This document shows, piece by piece, positions 31,020 through 41,199 of a stretch of DNA of 64,000 nucleotides; position 1 is the stretch's first letter; every line of letters starts with the position of its first letter. The notes below the pieces were generated by a model, which made no database searches, had not been told where the DNA came from, and worked only from the letters and a program-made list of their open reading frames with translations. A program made the position numbers and the translations under genes. The stretch covers positions 51,925-115,924 of the forward strand of contig JBBRLX010000010.1 in the NCBI GenBank assembly GCA_038231135.1. The letters are read 5' to 3'. Origin of the DNA: Candidatus Eiseniibacteriota bacterium (GTDB lineage: Bacteria > Eisenbacteria > RBG-16-71-46).

Positions 31020-32468
31020 TTACTTGCTGCGCGTGCGTGTCCGCGACGTCGCGGGCGTCGCACGGCGTGCCGCTGCCGGCCGTGCCACGCGATTCGGCTT
31101 GGACGATGGCACCTTCGCCACCGGCTTGTTGCGGGCGCCCTTCGGGGCGTGATGCGTGGCATGGTGCGTCCGCGCGGGCGCACCCGATGTCGCGGCCGCC
31201 GGCCGGTTCACCGTGGCCGTGCGGGTTCCCGAGCCGTTCGTGCCGCTGCGCGTGACGGTCGCGATCTTGTTGGCGGCCTGCTGCAGTCCGCCCTCACGTC
31301 CGCCGCGGGCCGCCTCTTCGGCGGCGCGCAGGCTGCCCGGCTCCATGCTGTAGTCGAAATCCGGCAGCATCACGCGGGGAATCGCGCGACCGAGGAACCG
31401 CTCGATCGCGTCGACGTGCTTCTGCTCGTCCGGGCTCATCAGGGTGAACGCGTCGCCGACGGGCTCGCCGCGGCCGGTGCGGCCGAGGCGATGCACGTAG
31501 TCCTCGGGCGTCTGCGGCACGTCGTAGTTGACCACGTGCGCGGTGCCCGTAACGTCGAGACTGCGCGACGACGCCTCGCTCGCGACCAGGATCTGCACGC
31601 GTCCGCGCCGCAGGTCTTCGAGTGCCTGATCACGGTCGCCCTGGCTGGGATGCTCGTCGAGCATCGCCACGGCATAGCCCCGCCGCATGAGCTGCCGGGC
31701 CAGCCGGTCGCCGGAGGTCCGCGCCCGCGTGAGCACGATCGTGTTGCGCACCTCGGACCGCGCCAGCAGATCGTCCATCAGGTCCGGCTTCAAGTCCCGC
31801 GACACGGGATAGATCGCCTGCGTGATGCCGGTGACGGGCTTTGCCACGGGTCCGACGTCGACGCGCACCGGCTCGACGAGCGCCTCCTTGGCGAGCCGAT
31901 TGAGCTCGGGGGGCATGGTGAGCGTGAATAGCAGCGTCTGCCGGGTCTCGGGCAGGAGCTTGAGCAGCTTGCGCAGATCGGGCGCGAGGCCGAGCGCCAC
32001 CATGCGGTCGGCCTCCTCGAGCACCAGGATCTCGACGTCGGCGAAATTGAGGCAGCCCCGGGCATAGAGCTCGAGCAGCCGCCCGGGCGTCGCCACGAGC
32101 AGGTTGATCGGCTCCTCGCGCAGCATGCGCTCCTGCCCCTGGAGTGGAGCGCCGGTGTACACCACACCCATCCTGAGCTCGGTAAACCGGGCGTAATCGC
32201 GTGCACGCGTCTCGACATAGGACGCCAGTTCGCGCGTCGGGACGAGAATGATCCCGCGCAGCCGGCTGCTACGCTCCACGAAGCGCGACAGAATCGGCAG
32301 CAGGTAGGCTCCGCTCTTCCCCGATCCGCTCTGGGCGACCCCGATCAGGTCGTTGCCCTGCAAGATGATGGGAATGGCTTTGCTCTGAATAGCGGTAGGC
32401 TCGGTCAAGCCGGCGGCCCGAATGCCCTTCAGTATGGGCGTGGGCAGCCCGAACGACGCGAACGTCAC
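31020..32468 (-). CDS. DEAD-box RNA helicase-like protein with degenerate motifs
   Basis: Q motif PTAIQ, AQSGSGKS, PTRELA, TPGRL, EEAD, TLT, ASEASSRSLD, HRLGRTGR. GTG with GGAGG SD. Confidence 0.88.
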   Translation of the reverse strand: MTFASFGLPTPILKGIRAAGLTEPTAIQSKAIPIILQGNDLIGVAQSGSGKSGAYLLPILSRFVERSSRLRGIILVPTRELASYVETRARDYARFTELRMGVVYTGAPLQGQERMLREEPINLLVATPGRLLELYARGCLNFADVEILVLEEADRMVALGLAPDLRKLLKLLPETRQTLLFTLTMPPELNRLAKEALVEPVRVDVGPVAKPVTGITQAIYPVSRDLKPDLMDDLLARSEVRNTIVLTRARTSGDRLARQLMRRGYAVAMLDEHPSQGDRDQALEDLRRGRVQILVASEASSRSLDVTGTAHVVNYDVPQTPEDYVHRLGRTGRGEPVGDAFTLMSPDEQKHVDAIERFLGRAIPRVMLPDFDYSMEPGSLRAAEEAARGGREGGLQQAANKIATVTRSGTNGSGTRTATVNRPAAATSGAPARTHHATHHAPKGARNKPVAKVPSSKPNRVARPAAARRATPATSRTRTRSK

Positions 32469-32715
32469 AGACCCCTCCAGCGAAAGATCGATCATGTTCC
32501 CCGACCGGATTGAGCCACCCGCGCATCGGGCCGTTCCTTCGTCCAGCGATGGGGGCAGCAGCCCCACAGAGTAGGGTGCCGGACGATCTGGGGCAACGAC
32601 TAAGGCATGGCGCGTGAAAAAAACTTTCGAGTGCCCGACTAGGGGCCATCATTGTAGATGGATTCGGATGGAATTCGCACGTTCAGAGGTTGTCAATCGC
32701 TCTGATGCAAACGAA

Positions 32716-33570
32716 TTACGCCGAATTGACCCGACGCGGACGCATGCGCTGGCAGGAAGTGCAGTAGAACGTGGAACGCTGTCCCTGAACGATGCGTTGG
32801 ATGGGTGTTCCGCATTTCCGGCACGGTTCTCCAGCGCGGTCGTAGACCCGCAATTGGTCGCCATAGGACCCGGGCTCGTTCCACAGCGTACGGTAGCTGC
32901 TGAACGTCGTGCCCATGCGTTCGATGGCGGCCCGGAGCACCTGGCCGGTCTCGCCGGCAATCCGCTCCCAGTCCTCGTCGCGGATCGTCCCCGCCCGGCG
33001 CCCGGGGTGCACCCCGGCCCGGTGCAGGATCTCGCTCGCATAGATGTTGCCGATTCCGGCGATCCGGCGCTGGTCGAGCAGGAAGTTCTTCACATTCACC
33101 TGTACCCCCCGGGCGATCCGGGCGAGCGACGCCCCCGAGGGGGGATCGGCGATGGGATCGGGGCCGAGTTGGCGCAGCGACGCGTCGTCCGCCACCCCGA
33201 CCGTGGGGATGGCGCGGAACATCCCGAACCGCCGGGGGTCCTGAAACCACAACCGGGTGCCGTCGTCGAACGTGATCTTCACGTGCACGTGGGCCAGGCC
33301 GGGAGGCCGGGTGTCGTCGAAGAACAGCCAGCGGCCGCTCATGCCGAGATGCGAGATCACAGTGACTCCGCCCGACAGCGCGATCAGCAGGAACTTGCCG
33401 TGGCGGCCCACGCCCTCGATCGCACGGCCGGTCAGATCGATTCCGCGCTTCGTGCCGGCCGCAGAGACGTGCAGCCTGTGGCGCGAGCGTTCGAGGCGCC
33501 GGATCGTGCGGCCGTGGACCGTCGATTCCAGCATGCGGCGCACCGTTTCGACTTCGGGGAGTTCGGGCAT
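32716..33570 (-). CDS. mutM: Formamidopyrimidine-DNA glycosylase
   Basis: PELPEVE, RHGK, HLGMSG, GIGNIYASE, CRKC..CTSCQ zinc finger. Confidence 0.96.
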   Translation of the reverse strand: MPELPEVETVRRMLESTVHGRTIRRLERSRHRLHVSAAGTKRGIDLTGRAIEGVGRHGKFLLIALSGGVTVISHLGMSGRWLFFDDTRPPGLAHVHVKITFDDGTRLWFQDPRRFGMFRAIPTVGVADDASLRQLGPDPIADPPSGASLARIARGVQVNVKNFLLDQRRIAGIGNIYASEILHRAGVHPGRRAGTIRDEDWERIAGETGQVLRAAIERMGTTFSSYRTLWNEPGSYGDQLRVYDRAGEPCRKCGTPIQRIVQGQRSTFYCTSCQRMRPRRVNSA

Positions 33571-33746
33571 GATGAGACGCTACAGGAGGGCGGGGCGGCC
33601 GCGCGAGGCCGCCCCGCCGGGAACCGATGCGGACGTCGGACGGGGCGCGGCAGGATCGGGGCGGGGCATTGCGCCCGCTTTCCCCCGCGTGGCATGCTGA
33701 CGATTCGCGCGAAGGCTATGGAAACACTCACGGGAAGGCTCGTTTC

Positions 33747-34667
33747 ATGGATGAACCGGAGCGCTTCGAGGAGTTCGCACGCCTTGCCACCGAGCAGCGC
33801 AACCCGCGCACGCGTGATCTCGACACGCTCGACGTGCCGGCGCTGCTCGAACGGATCTCGGCGGAGGACCGCACGGTGCCGGACGCCGTCGCGGCCGAGA
33901 TCCCGTGGATCGCGCAAGCGGTCGAACTCGTGGTCGCCTCGTTCCGCGAGGGCGGCCGGCTGATCTACGTGGGCGCTGGCACCAGCGGACGGCTCGGCGT
34001 GCTCGACGCCTCGGAATGCCCGCCCACGTTCGGCTCCGACTCCAGGCAGGTGCAGGGCGTGATGGCCGGCGGCTATGGGGCGCTGGTGCAGGCCGTGGAA
34101 GGCGCCGAGGACCGCACCGACGAAGGCGAACGCGCGATCGCCGAGCGCGATGTGGGCCCGCGCGACACGGTGATCGGCATCGCGGCCAGCCGCCGCACGC
34201 CGTTCGTGGTCGCGGCCGTCGCCGCCGCCCGCGCGCGCAAGGCCCGGACGGCGTACATCACCTGCACGCCCCGCGCGGAGTTCAAGCTCGACGTGGATGT
34301 CGCGATCTGTCCCGTGGTGGGTCCCGAGGCGTTGATGGGCTCGACGCGCATGAAGTCGGGGACGGCTCAGAAGCTGGTGCTCAACATGATCACCACCTCG
34401 GCGTTCGTGCGGATGGGCAAGGTGTACGAAAACATGATGGTGGACCTGCTCGCCACCAGCGAGAAGCTGGTCGAGCGCAGCCGGCGCACGGTGATGACCG
34501 TCACCGGCGTCGATTATCCAACCGCCGCGCGCGCCATCGAGGACGCGGGGAAGAGCGTCAAAATCGCGATCGTCATGCTCGAGCTCGGCTGCTCGCTGGC
34601 CGAAGCCCAGGCACGACTGGAACGCGCGGGTGGCTTCGTGCGCACCGCGCTCGAGGGAGCGGCATGA
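33747..34667 (+). CDS. murQ: N-acetylmuramic acid 6-phosphate etherase
   Basis: TEQRN, GAGTSGRLGVLDASECPPTFG, EGAED, GSTRMKSGTAQKLVLNM. Confidence 0.96.
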   Translation: MDEPERFEEFARLATEQRNPRTRDLDTLDVPALLERISAEDRTVPDAVAAEIPWIAQAVELVVASFREGGRLIYVGAGTSGRLGVLDASECPPTFGSDSRQVQGVMAGGYGALVQAVEGAEDRTDEGERAIAERDVGPRDTVIGIAASRRTPFVVAAVAAARARKARTAYITCTPRAEFKLDVDVAICPVVGPEALMGSTRMKSGTAQKLVLNMITTSAFVRMGKVYENMMVDLLATSEKLVERSRRTVMTVTGVDYPTAARAIEDAGKSVKIAIVMLELGCSLAEAQARLERAGGFVRTALEGAA

Positions 34668-35911
34668 TCGGTTCGAATCGCAGGATTCGCGGTGGACTCG
34701 CGCTGGTCGCGCTGCTGGCGATCGGGACGGCCATGCCCGGCTGCGGCAAGGGCGGCGGCGGCGCGAAGGAGGTCGTGTTCTGGGAGTTCTGGCCCGCCGA
34801 GGTCATCGACCCGATCCTCGCCAGGTTCCAGGCGCAGCATCCCGAGATCCACGTGCGCATGGAGCAGCTCACGTGGCAGAGCGGGCTCGAGAAGATCACC
34901 GCGGCGATGGCGTCCGGCAACACGCCCGACCTGTGCGAGCTCGGTTCCACCTGGATGCCGCGCATGCTGCACTCGGGTGCCCTGTCCGACTGGAGCGCGG
35001 GCGTGGCGGACCTGAAGCCCAAACTCCGCGGGTGGCAGATCGTCTCGATCGGCGACGCCGCCTACGGCATGCCGTGGGTGCTCGGCACGCGCGCGTTGTT
35101 CTACAACAAGACGCTGTTCGGCAAGGCCGGCATCGATTCCATGAATCCGCCCGCGACCTGGGACGACCTGCTCGACGCGGCCACGCGCATCAACGAACTC
35201 GGCAATGGCGTTCACGGCTTCGGCGCCCAGGCCGGCGAGCGCTACGTGCTGTTCAAGAAGTTCATGCCGTTCGCCTGGGGCAACGGCGGCACGATCCTGT
35301 CCGACGACCTCACGCATTCCACGTTCGATTCGCCCGCCAACCGCACGGCGCTCGAGTTCTACCTCAAGCTCGCGAAGGCCGGCATGCTCGACCGGCAGGA
35401 CGTGCTCGACCGCGAGTTCAAGGAGGGCCGGCTGGGCCTCGAGATCTCGGGGGCGTGGCTGTTCAAGTCGATCCCCAAGGACGCGCCCGGGCTGCGCTAC
35501 GGGGTCGCGCTGGTGCCGGCGCCGGCCCTGGATAAGGGCACGAACGCGTCGTTCGCGGGCGGCGAGGTGCTCGTGAGCTTCGGCTCATCCCACAACAAGC
35601 AGGGCGCGCTCGAGCTGGCGCGATTCCTCGTCCAGCCCGAGAATGCGCTCGCGCTCGCGATCGCGGCGAAGAGCGTCGAGCCCGCGACCGTCGGCGCCGA
35701 CACCGCCGCCTACTATCGCAGCCGGCCCGACGAACAGGTGATGATCCGCCAGTTCGAGACGTCGTATCCGACGCCCAACCACCCGGCGTGGATCGAGATG
35801 GAGGCGGCGATCGAGGACGAGGTCGAGCAGGCGCTGTACGGCAAGAAGACGGCGGCGCAGGCGGTGCTGGACGCGTCGAAGGCGATCGACCAGCTGGCGG
35901 CCAAGAAGTAG
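34664..35911 (+). CDS. Carbohydrate ABC transporter substrate-binding lipoprotein
   Basis: Lipobox-like AMPGC, PD..E, YGMPW..RALFYNK.LF, PP.TWD. Confidence 0.88.
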   Translation: MIGSNRRIRGGLALVALLAIGTAMPGCGKGGGGAKEVVFWEFWPAEVIDPILARFQAQHPEIHVRMEQLTWQSGLEKITAAMASGNTPDLCELGSTWMPRMLHSGALSDWSAGVADLKPKLRGWQIVSIGDAAYGMPWVLGTRALFYNKTLFGKAGIDSMNPPATWDDLLDAATRINELGNGVHGFGAQAGERYVLFKKFMPFAWGNGGTILSDDLTHSTFDSPANRTALEFYLKLAKAGMLDRQDVLDREFKEGRLGLEISGAWLFKSIPKDAPGLRYGVALVPAPALDKGTNASFAGGEVLVSFGSSHNKQGALELARFLVQPENALALAIAAKSVEPATVGADTAAYYRSRPDEQVMIRQFETSYPTPNHPAWIEMEAAIEDEVEQALYGKKTAAQAVLDASKAIDQLAAKK

Positions 35912-35913
35912 AC

Positions 35914-36792
35914 ATGCGGGCGTATTCGCGCGCGACGTCGTGGACGCTGTTCGCCCCCTGGGTGCTGGCGTTCGCGATGTTCGGACTGTTCCCGTTCGCG
36001 TTCTCTCTGTGGGCGTCGTTCACCGACTACTCGCCGATCCGCGCCGGTGGCGCCCGGTTCGTGGGGCTCGACAACTACGTCCGCGCGCTGCACGAGCCCG
36101 CGTTCTGGAGTTCGCTCCAGACCACGGGGACGTTCGTGATCGGAACGATCCCGTTCACCACGCTGCTCGCGCTGGCGCTCGCGCTCGCCGTGCAGCCGGC
36201 GTTTCGCGGCCGGTCGATGTTCCGCGTGGGGTTCTTCCTGCCGAGCGTGGTGTCGGTGGTGGTGCTGTCGCTGGTGTTCAAGGGGCTGTACGCGCCGAAC
36301 GGCTCGCTGAACGCGCTGCTGCGGCTGGCCGGGCTGCCCACGCCGTCGTGGCTGCTCGACCCGCGCACGGCACTCCCGGCGATCATGGCGATGGACGTGT
36401 GGTCGGCGAGCGGCTACTACATGGTGATCTTCCTCGCCGGGCTCGAGGCGATCCCGCGCGAGCTGTACGACGCGGCGCGGCTCGAAGGCGCGACCTGGCG
36501 CGACTGCCTGATCCACATCACGCTGCCGCTGCTGCGGCCGACGCTGCTGTTCGTGATCGTGGTGAACACCGTGCGCAGCCTGCAGATCTTCGCCGAGGTG
36601 TTCGTGATGACGCGCGGGGGGCCGCTGCATTCCACGTCGACCGTCGTGTACTACCTGTACGAACAGGCGTTCTACCGGTTCGATCTGGGCTACGCGAGCG
36701 CCGTCGGCTATCTGCTGTTCGTCCTCACGCTGCTGCTGGCGCTGGCGCAGATGAAGCTCGTGGGTGGACGCACCGCGGGGGCGGGCGCGTGA
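35914..36792 (+). CDS. Carbohydrate ABC transporter permease
   Basis: FVGLDNY, FFLPSV, EAA loop IPRELYDAARLEGA, GYASA. Confidence 0.92.
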   Translation: MRAYSRATSWTLFAPWVLAFAMFGLFPFAFSLWASFTDYSPIRAGGARFVGLDNYVRALHEPAFWSSLQTTGTFVIGTIPFTTLLALALALAVQPAFRGRSMFRVGFFLPSVVSVVVLSLVFKGLYAPNGSLNALLRLAGLPTPSWLLDPRTALPAIMAMDVWSASGYYMVIFLAGLEAIPRELYDAARLEGATWRDCLIHITLPLLRPTLLFVIVVNTVRSLQIFAEVFVMTRGGPLHSTSTVVYYLYEQAFYRFDLGYASAVGYLLFVLTLLLALAQMKLVGGRTAGAGA

Positions 36793-37661
36793 CCGCGGCC
36801 ACCGCGACCCCGGCCGCCCTGGGCGAGCGCGAGCTGGCGCCGCCGCCGCCGCCGTGGGGCGCCTCGGCGCTGCGCTGGCTGTGGCTCGGGCCGCTGCTCG
36901 TGAGCATGCTGCTGCCGTTCGTGTGGATGGCGGCGGTGTCGCTGTCCGCCAGCTCCGGGGGCTCGCTGTCGCGCGCGCTGTCGGGGCCGCTCGGCCTCGA
37001 CAACTACCGCGCGCTGTTCGGCAGCGCGCACCTCGGTCGCTACCTGTTCAACAGCGCGTTCGTCGCGTCGCTCGTGGTGCTGCTCAACGTCGCAACCGCG
37101 GCGAGCGTGGGTTACGTGCTCGCGCGCCAGCGCGTGCCGGGGGAGAAGTTCTGGTCGTTCGGCATCGTGGCGACGCTGATGCTGCCGAAGCAGGTGCTGA
37201 TGATTCCGTTGTACCTGGTAATGGCGCGGCTGCGGCTGCTCGACACCTATTCCGCGCTGGTGTTGCCGTTCGCGGTCGATGCGTTCAGCATCTTCATGGT
37301 GCGCCAGTACGTGCTCGGCCTGCCGCACGAGCTCGAGGAGGCGGCACGCGTGGATGGCGCGTCCGACTGGATGATCTTCACCCGGATCGTCGTGCCGCTC
37401 ATGAGCCCGGTGCTGGCGGTGGTGGCGATCCAGTCGTTCCTCGCCAACTGGAATTCGTTCCTGTTTCCGCTCATCTTCATCGACTCGGACCGGCTGCGCA
37501 CCCTGCCCGTGGGGCTCGCGCTGCTGTCGCAATCGGAGCACAGTGTGGACTGGGGGTTCCTGATGGCAGGCTCGACCGTGGCGTCGCTGCCGGTGATCGC
37601 CGTGTTCGTGGCGTTCCAGCGCCACATCCTGTCCGGCCTGCTCGCCGGAGCCGAGAAGTGA
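36789..37661 (+). CDS. Carbohydrate ABC transporter permease
   Basis: LPHELEEAARVDGAS, WNSFLFPL, TLPVGL. Confidence 0.92.
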   Translation: MTAATATPAALGERELAPPPPPWGASALRWLWLGPLLVSMLLPFVWMAAVSLSASSGGSLSRALSGPLGLDNYRALFGSAHLGRYLFNSAFVASLVVLLNVATAASVGYVLARQRVPGEKFWSFGIVATLMLPKQVLMIPLYLVMARLRLLDTYSALVLPFAVDAFSIFMVRQYVLGLPHELEEAARVDGASDWMIFTRIVVPLMSPVLAVVAIQSFLANWNSFLFPLIFIDSDRLRTLPVGLALLSQSEHSVDWGFLMAGSTVASLPVIAVFVAFQRHILSGLLAGAEK

Positions 37662-38884
37662 CGCCGGGGCGCAAGCGTCCGGCCGACGGCTGGCGGAAGC
37701 TGCGCACGTATCTCGAACGCGACGGGCATCTCGTGGTGGGACTGATGACCGGCACGTCGGGCGACGGGATCGACGCGGCGCTCGTCGCGTTCGAAGGCAC
37801 GGGGCTCGAGACCACGTACGAGCTGCGCGCCTACACCGAGACCCCGCTCGATTCCACGCTGCGCACCGAGATCCTCGAAGTGGCGGGCGCCGAAACCGTG
37901 ACGCCCGAGCGGCTCATGGAGCTGGACGCGACGCTGGGGCGCCGCTTTGCCGAGAGCGTGCGCGCGCTGCTCGAGTCCGCGGGTGTCGCGCCCGAGGACG
38001 TGGATGCGATCGGTTCCCACGGCCAGACGGTGCGCCACATGCCGCGCGGCACCGCGCGGGGGGGCGCGCTGTCGCTCCAGATCGGCTCCGCCGCGATGCT
38101 CGCCGAGCGCACCGGGATCTCCGTGGTGTCGGACTTCCGCGCCCGCGACACCGCGGCGGGCGGCGAGGGTGCGCCGCTGGTGCCGCTCGTCGACTGGTGG
38201 CTGTTCCGCTCGCAGGCCGAGGCCCGCGTGATGCTCAATCTCGGCGGGATCGCGAACGTGACGCATCTGCCCAGGGCCTGCGAGCCCGCGCAGGTGACGG
38301 CATTCGACACCGGGCCCGGCAATTCGGTGCTCGACGCGCTCGCGCGGCTCGCCTCGGGCGGCGTTCACCAGTACGACGCGGGCGGCGTGCTGGCGGCGCG
38401 CGGCGCGGCGAGCGAGGCGCTGCTCGCCGAGTTGCTCGCCGATCCGTTCTTCGCCCAGGCGCCGCCGCGCTCGACCGGCCGCGAACGGTTCGGCGAGCGC
38501 TACGCCGCCAAGGTCCACGAGCTGGGTGCGGCGATGCGGCTGTCGGACGCGGACTTGCTCGCGACCGCCGTGGAGCTGACGGCGGCGTCGATCTCGTCCG
38601 CGATCGAGCAGTTCCTCGCGCCCCAGGGGCCGATCGGCGGGGTGTTCGCCAGCGGAGGCGGCGTGCACAACGCTAGCCTGATGAAGGCGCTCGAGCGGCG
38701 CCTCACGCCGGCGCGCGTGCGGTCGCTGTCCACGCTCGGCGTGGCGCCCGAGGCGAAGGAGGCGCTGGCGTTCGCGTTCCTCGCGCACCAGACGCTGTGC
38801 GGACTGCCCGGGAACCTGCCCGGGGCGACCGGCGCGCGCCATCCGGTGGTGCTCGGCAGCGTGACGCCGGGAGTGCCGGAATGA
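37658..38884 (+). CDS. anmK: Anhydro-N-acetylmuramic acid kinase
   Basis: GLMTGTSGDGID, GSHGQT, DFRARD..GGEGAPL, NLGGIAN, FDTGPGN, STGRE.F, KEA. Confidence 0.95.
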   Translation: MTPGRKRPADGWRKLRTYLERDGHLVVGLMTGTSGDGIDAALVAFEGTGLETTYELRAYTETPLDSTLRTEILEVAGAETVTPERLMELDATLGRRFAESVRALLESAGVAPEDVDAIGSHGQTVRHMPRGTARGGALSLQIGSAAMLAERTGISVVSDFRARDTAAGGEGAPLVPLVDWWLFRSQAEARVMLNLGGIANVTHLPRACEPAQVTAFDTGPGNSVLDALARLASGGVHQYDAGGVLAARGAASEALLAELLADPFFAQAPPRSTGRERFGERYAAKVHELGAAMRLSDADLLATAVELTAASISSAIEQFLAPQGPIGGVFASGGGVHNASLMKALERRLTPARVRSLSTLGVAPEAKEALAFAFLAHQTLCGLPGNLPGATGARHPVVLGSVTPGVPE

Positions 38885-40368
38885 TGCGCGCGGCGCGAGT
38901 TCTCGGGAGCACGCGGGCGGGCGGCCGGCTCCGGCGTGCGGTGATCGCATGTGAGCGGTCTGCCGTCGGGCGCGTCCACTCTGTCGATGCCGCGCGGGCG
39001 ATCCTCGGCGCCGCGGCGATCCTCGCGCTGCTGGCGCTCGCGGGCTGCGCGATCGTCCCGGCGGAGCGTGCCCCCGTGCCGCCGCCACAGCCCCGGCCGG
39101 CCGGAACGCCGCGGAGTTCTCCCGCCACCCATCCCCCCGCGCCCTCCGGCTCCGGCGCCCAGCCCGTGAGCCTCGACTTCGAGCCCCGCATCGACGTGGG
39201 CCTCGCCACCGACCTGGATTCGGTGGTCGTAATGCCCGTCACGCGGCTGGCGCTGCACCTTTCAGGCCCGGGCGGCGACCATTCGCTCGGCGAGACGGGG
39301 GCTGCGGTCACGGTTCACAACGCCGGCGGTCGATGGTCCATCAACTGGACCGACGTCGACGCGGCCGGCGCGGCGCCGCTGACCGCGGCCGACACGCTGT
39401 GGATCTCAGGCGTCGAGCCGGACCCCACGGCCCAGCGTCTGAGCTGGAATGGCAAGCGCTGGCGGGGCCTGGGCAAGCTGTTCCTCGGCCCGCGCGGGCG
39501 GCTCACGCTGGCGCTCAGGCTGCCGCTCGAAGCGTATCTGCTCGGTGTGGTGCCGGGGGAGATCGGCGGCCTGAGCCCCGCGCTGCTCGAGGCCGGGCGC
39601 GCCCAGGCGGTCGCGGCGCGCAGCTACACGCTGTTCTACCGCGGCCGGCGGGGCGCCGAGGGATTCGACGTCTACGGGTCGGTCGAGGACCAGGTTTACG
39701 GGTCGGTCGAGAGCGAACGCGAGCTGGCGACCCGCTGTGTGACCGGCACCCGCGGCGAGGTGGCGCTCAGCCAGGGCGCGCCGATCCGCGCGAACTACTA
39801 CTCCACCTGCGGCGGCATCACGGCCGACGTGTGGGAGGCCTGGCCCAACGATCCGCTCGCCTACCTCGTGAGTCATCGCGATCGCGACCGTGGCGAGGAC
39901 TACTGCGCCACGTCGCCGCTCTATCGCTGGCGCGAGACCTGGGCCCCGGCCGAGCTGATCAGCAACGTCATGAAGTACGCGCCCCAGCAGGGCATCGTGC
40001 TGCCGGCGGCGGGCCTGGGCGAGCTGACGGACGTCGTCGTGGAGAGCCGCTCGCGCTCGGGCCGCGCGTGGCAACTGCGGGTGCGCGGCACGCTCGGCGA
40101 GGTGCGGCTGCCGGCCTATTGCATCCGCCAGGTGTTGCGCCGGGGCGGCAATGCCATGGCGATCCTGCGTTCCAACCTGTTCAAGATCGCCGTGCAGCGG
40201 AACCCTGCGACCGGCCGCGCCGTGGCGGTGCTGGCGTCGGGCGCGGGATCGGGCCACGGGGTCGGAATGTGCCAGACCGGCGCTCTGGGGATGGCGCGCG
40301 CCGGCCGCGGCTCGGACGCGATCCTGCGCCACTATTACCCGGGAATCGATTTGAAGCGGCTTTATTGA
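38881..40368 (+). CDS. SpoIID/LytB-family lytic transglycosylase, lipoprotein (start uncertain)
   Basis: LALAGC lipobox, LEAYLLGVVPGE, AQAVAARSY, DQVY, STCGG, GHGVGMCQ, IL.HYYPG. Confidence 0.88.
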   Translation: MMRAARVLGSTRAGGRLRRAVIACERSAVGRVHSVDAARAILGAAAILALLALAGCAIVPAERAPVPPPQPRPAGTPRSSPATHPPAPSGSGAQPVSLDFEPRIDVGLATDLDSVVVMPVTRLALHLSGPGGDHSLGETGAAVTVHNAGGRWSINWTDVDAAGAAPLTAADTLWISGVEPDPTAQRLSWNGKRWRGLGKLFLGPRGRLTLALRLPLEAYLLGVVPGEIGGLSPALLEAGRAQAVAARSYTLFYRGRRGAEGFDVYGSVEDQVYGSVESERELATRCVTGTRGEVALSQGAPIRANYYSTCGGITADVWEAWPNDPLAYLVSHRDRDRGEDYCATSPLYRWRETWAPAELISNVMKYAPQQGIVLPAAGLGELTDVVVESRSRSGRAWQLRVRGTLGEVRLPAYCIRQVLRRGGNAMAILRSNLFKIAVQRNPATGRAVAVLASGAGSGHGVGMCQTGALGMARAGRGSDAILRHYYPGIDLKRLY

Positions 40369-40394
40369 CACCCTCGCTCGGCCGCGGCTATTCT
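40365..40394 (+). promoter_or_regulatory. Promoter of tRNA-Asp
   Basis: TTGACA-N18-TATTCT followed by GC-rich discriminator. Confidence 0.55.
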
Positions 40395-40443
40395 GCGCGC
40401 CGCTTGTGCGCCATGGCGTTCGATCGCCACGGTCAAGGCTCGG

Positions 40444-40520
40444 GGGGTTGTAGTTCAGCTGGTTAGAACGCCTGCCTGTCACGCAGGAGGTCGCGGGTTC
40501 GAGTCCCGTCAACCCCGCCA
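40444..40520 (+). tRNA. tRNA-Asp(GTC)
   Basis: Acceptor GGGGTTG/CAACCCC, anticodon loop CTGTCAC, TTCGA T-loop, encoded CCA. Confidence 0.97.
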
Positions 40521-40735
40521 TGTTCCGCAGCGTTCCGCCCGCCGCCACGACCGGCCGGGCCTGGGGCCAGCGGGGCCCCGTTCCGACCCCGAAACCGTCC
40601 AGGCATTCGGTTGCGACCCTGAAATGGCTGACTTGCGGGCCGCTACGCCGGACTTCAAGGCTGCGCGCACCGGCCCCTGTTTTGACGCATCCCACGCTGT
40701 GAGATCCACAGGATTTCCCCCGCGGCCATTTCCAG

Positions 40736-40763
40736 TTGACGAGTGGAGGACGCTTCGTATACT
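40736..40763 (+). promoter_or_regulatory. Sigma70 promoter of acidic small protein
   Basis: TTGACG-N16-TATACT. Confidence 0.6.
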
Positions 40764-40881
40764 GCCGAGGCTTTTTCGGAAAGGTGCGCATCGAGAGGTG
40801 TGCCCGAGCATCCAATCCGCGTTGCGGAACGGCGTTGAGCCCGTTCCGGATCACGACACACGACAAGTTTTCGAGGAAGCC

Positions 40882-41127
40882 ATGATGAAGAAGAAGGGAT
40901 TGCCGGGCGACGACGAATTCAACGCTCTTCCCGACGCCGAGGCGGACGGCTACTCCGACGACGAGGACGACGACAAGGACGACGAAGCGTTCGGTGACGA
41001 CGACCTCGACGAGGACGACGAGTTCGGCGACGACGACGAAGACGAGGAGTTCGAAGACGAGTTCGAGGGTGACGAGGCATTCGCCGAGGATGATCTCGTC
41101 GACGTGGACAAGGACGACGACGAATAA
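40882..41127 (+). CDS. 81-aa highly acidic protein
   Basis: GAGGA SD. 45 of 81 residues are D/E by manual count. Own promoter and downstream terminator. Confidence 0.7.
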   Translation: MMKKKGLPGDDEFNALPDAEADGYSDDEDDDKDDEAFGDDDLDEDDEFGDDDEDEEFEDEFEGDEAFAEDDLVDVDKDDDE

Positions 41128-41199
41128 CGGCAGGTCCGGCGCTTCGGGATCGAGGCTCACCGGAGGCGGTTGCCGAGCATTCCCGCGCTGTACGCGTAG

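Noticed and set aside
40444..40880. Island integrated at tRNA-Asp
   Set aside because: No integrase and no duplicated tRNA 3' end seen in the window.
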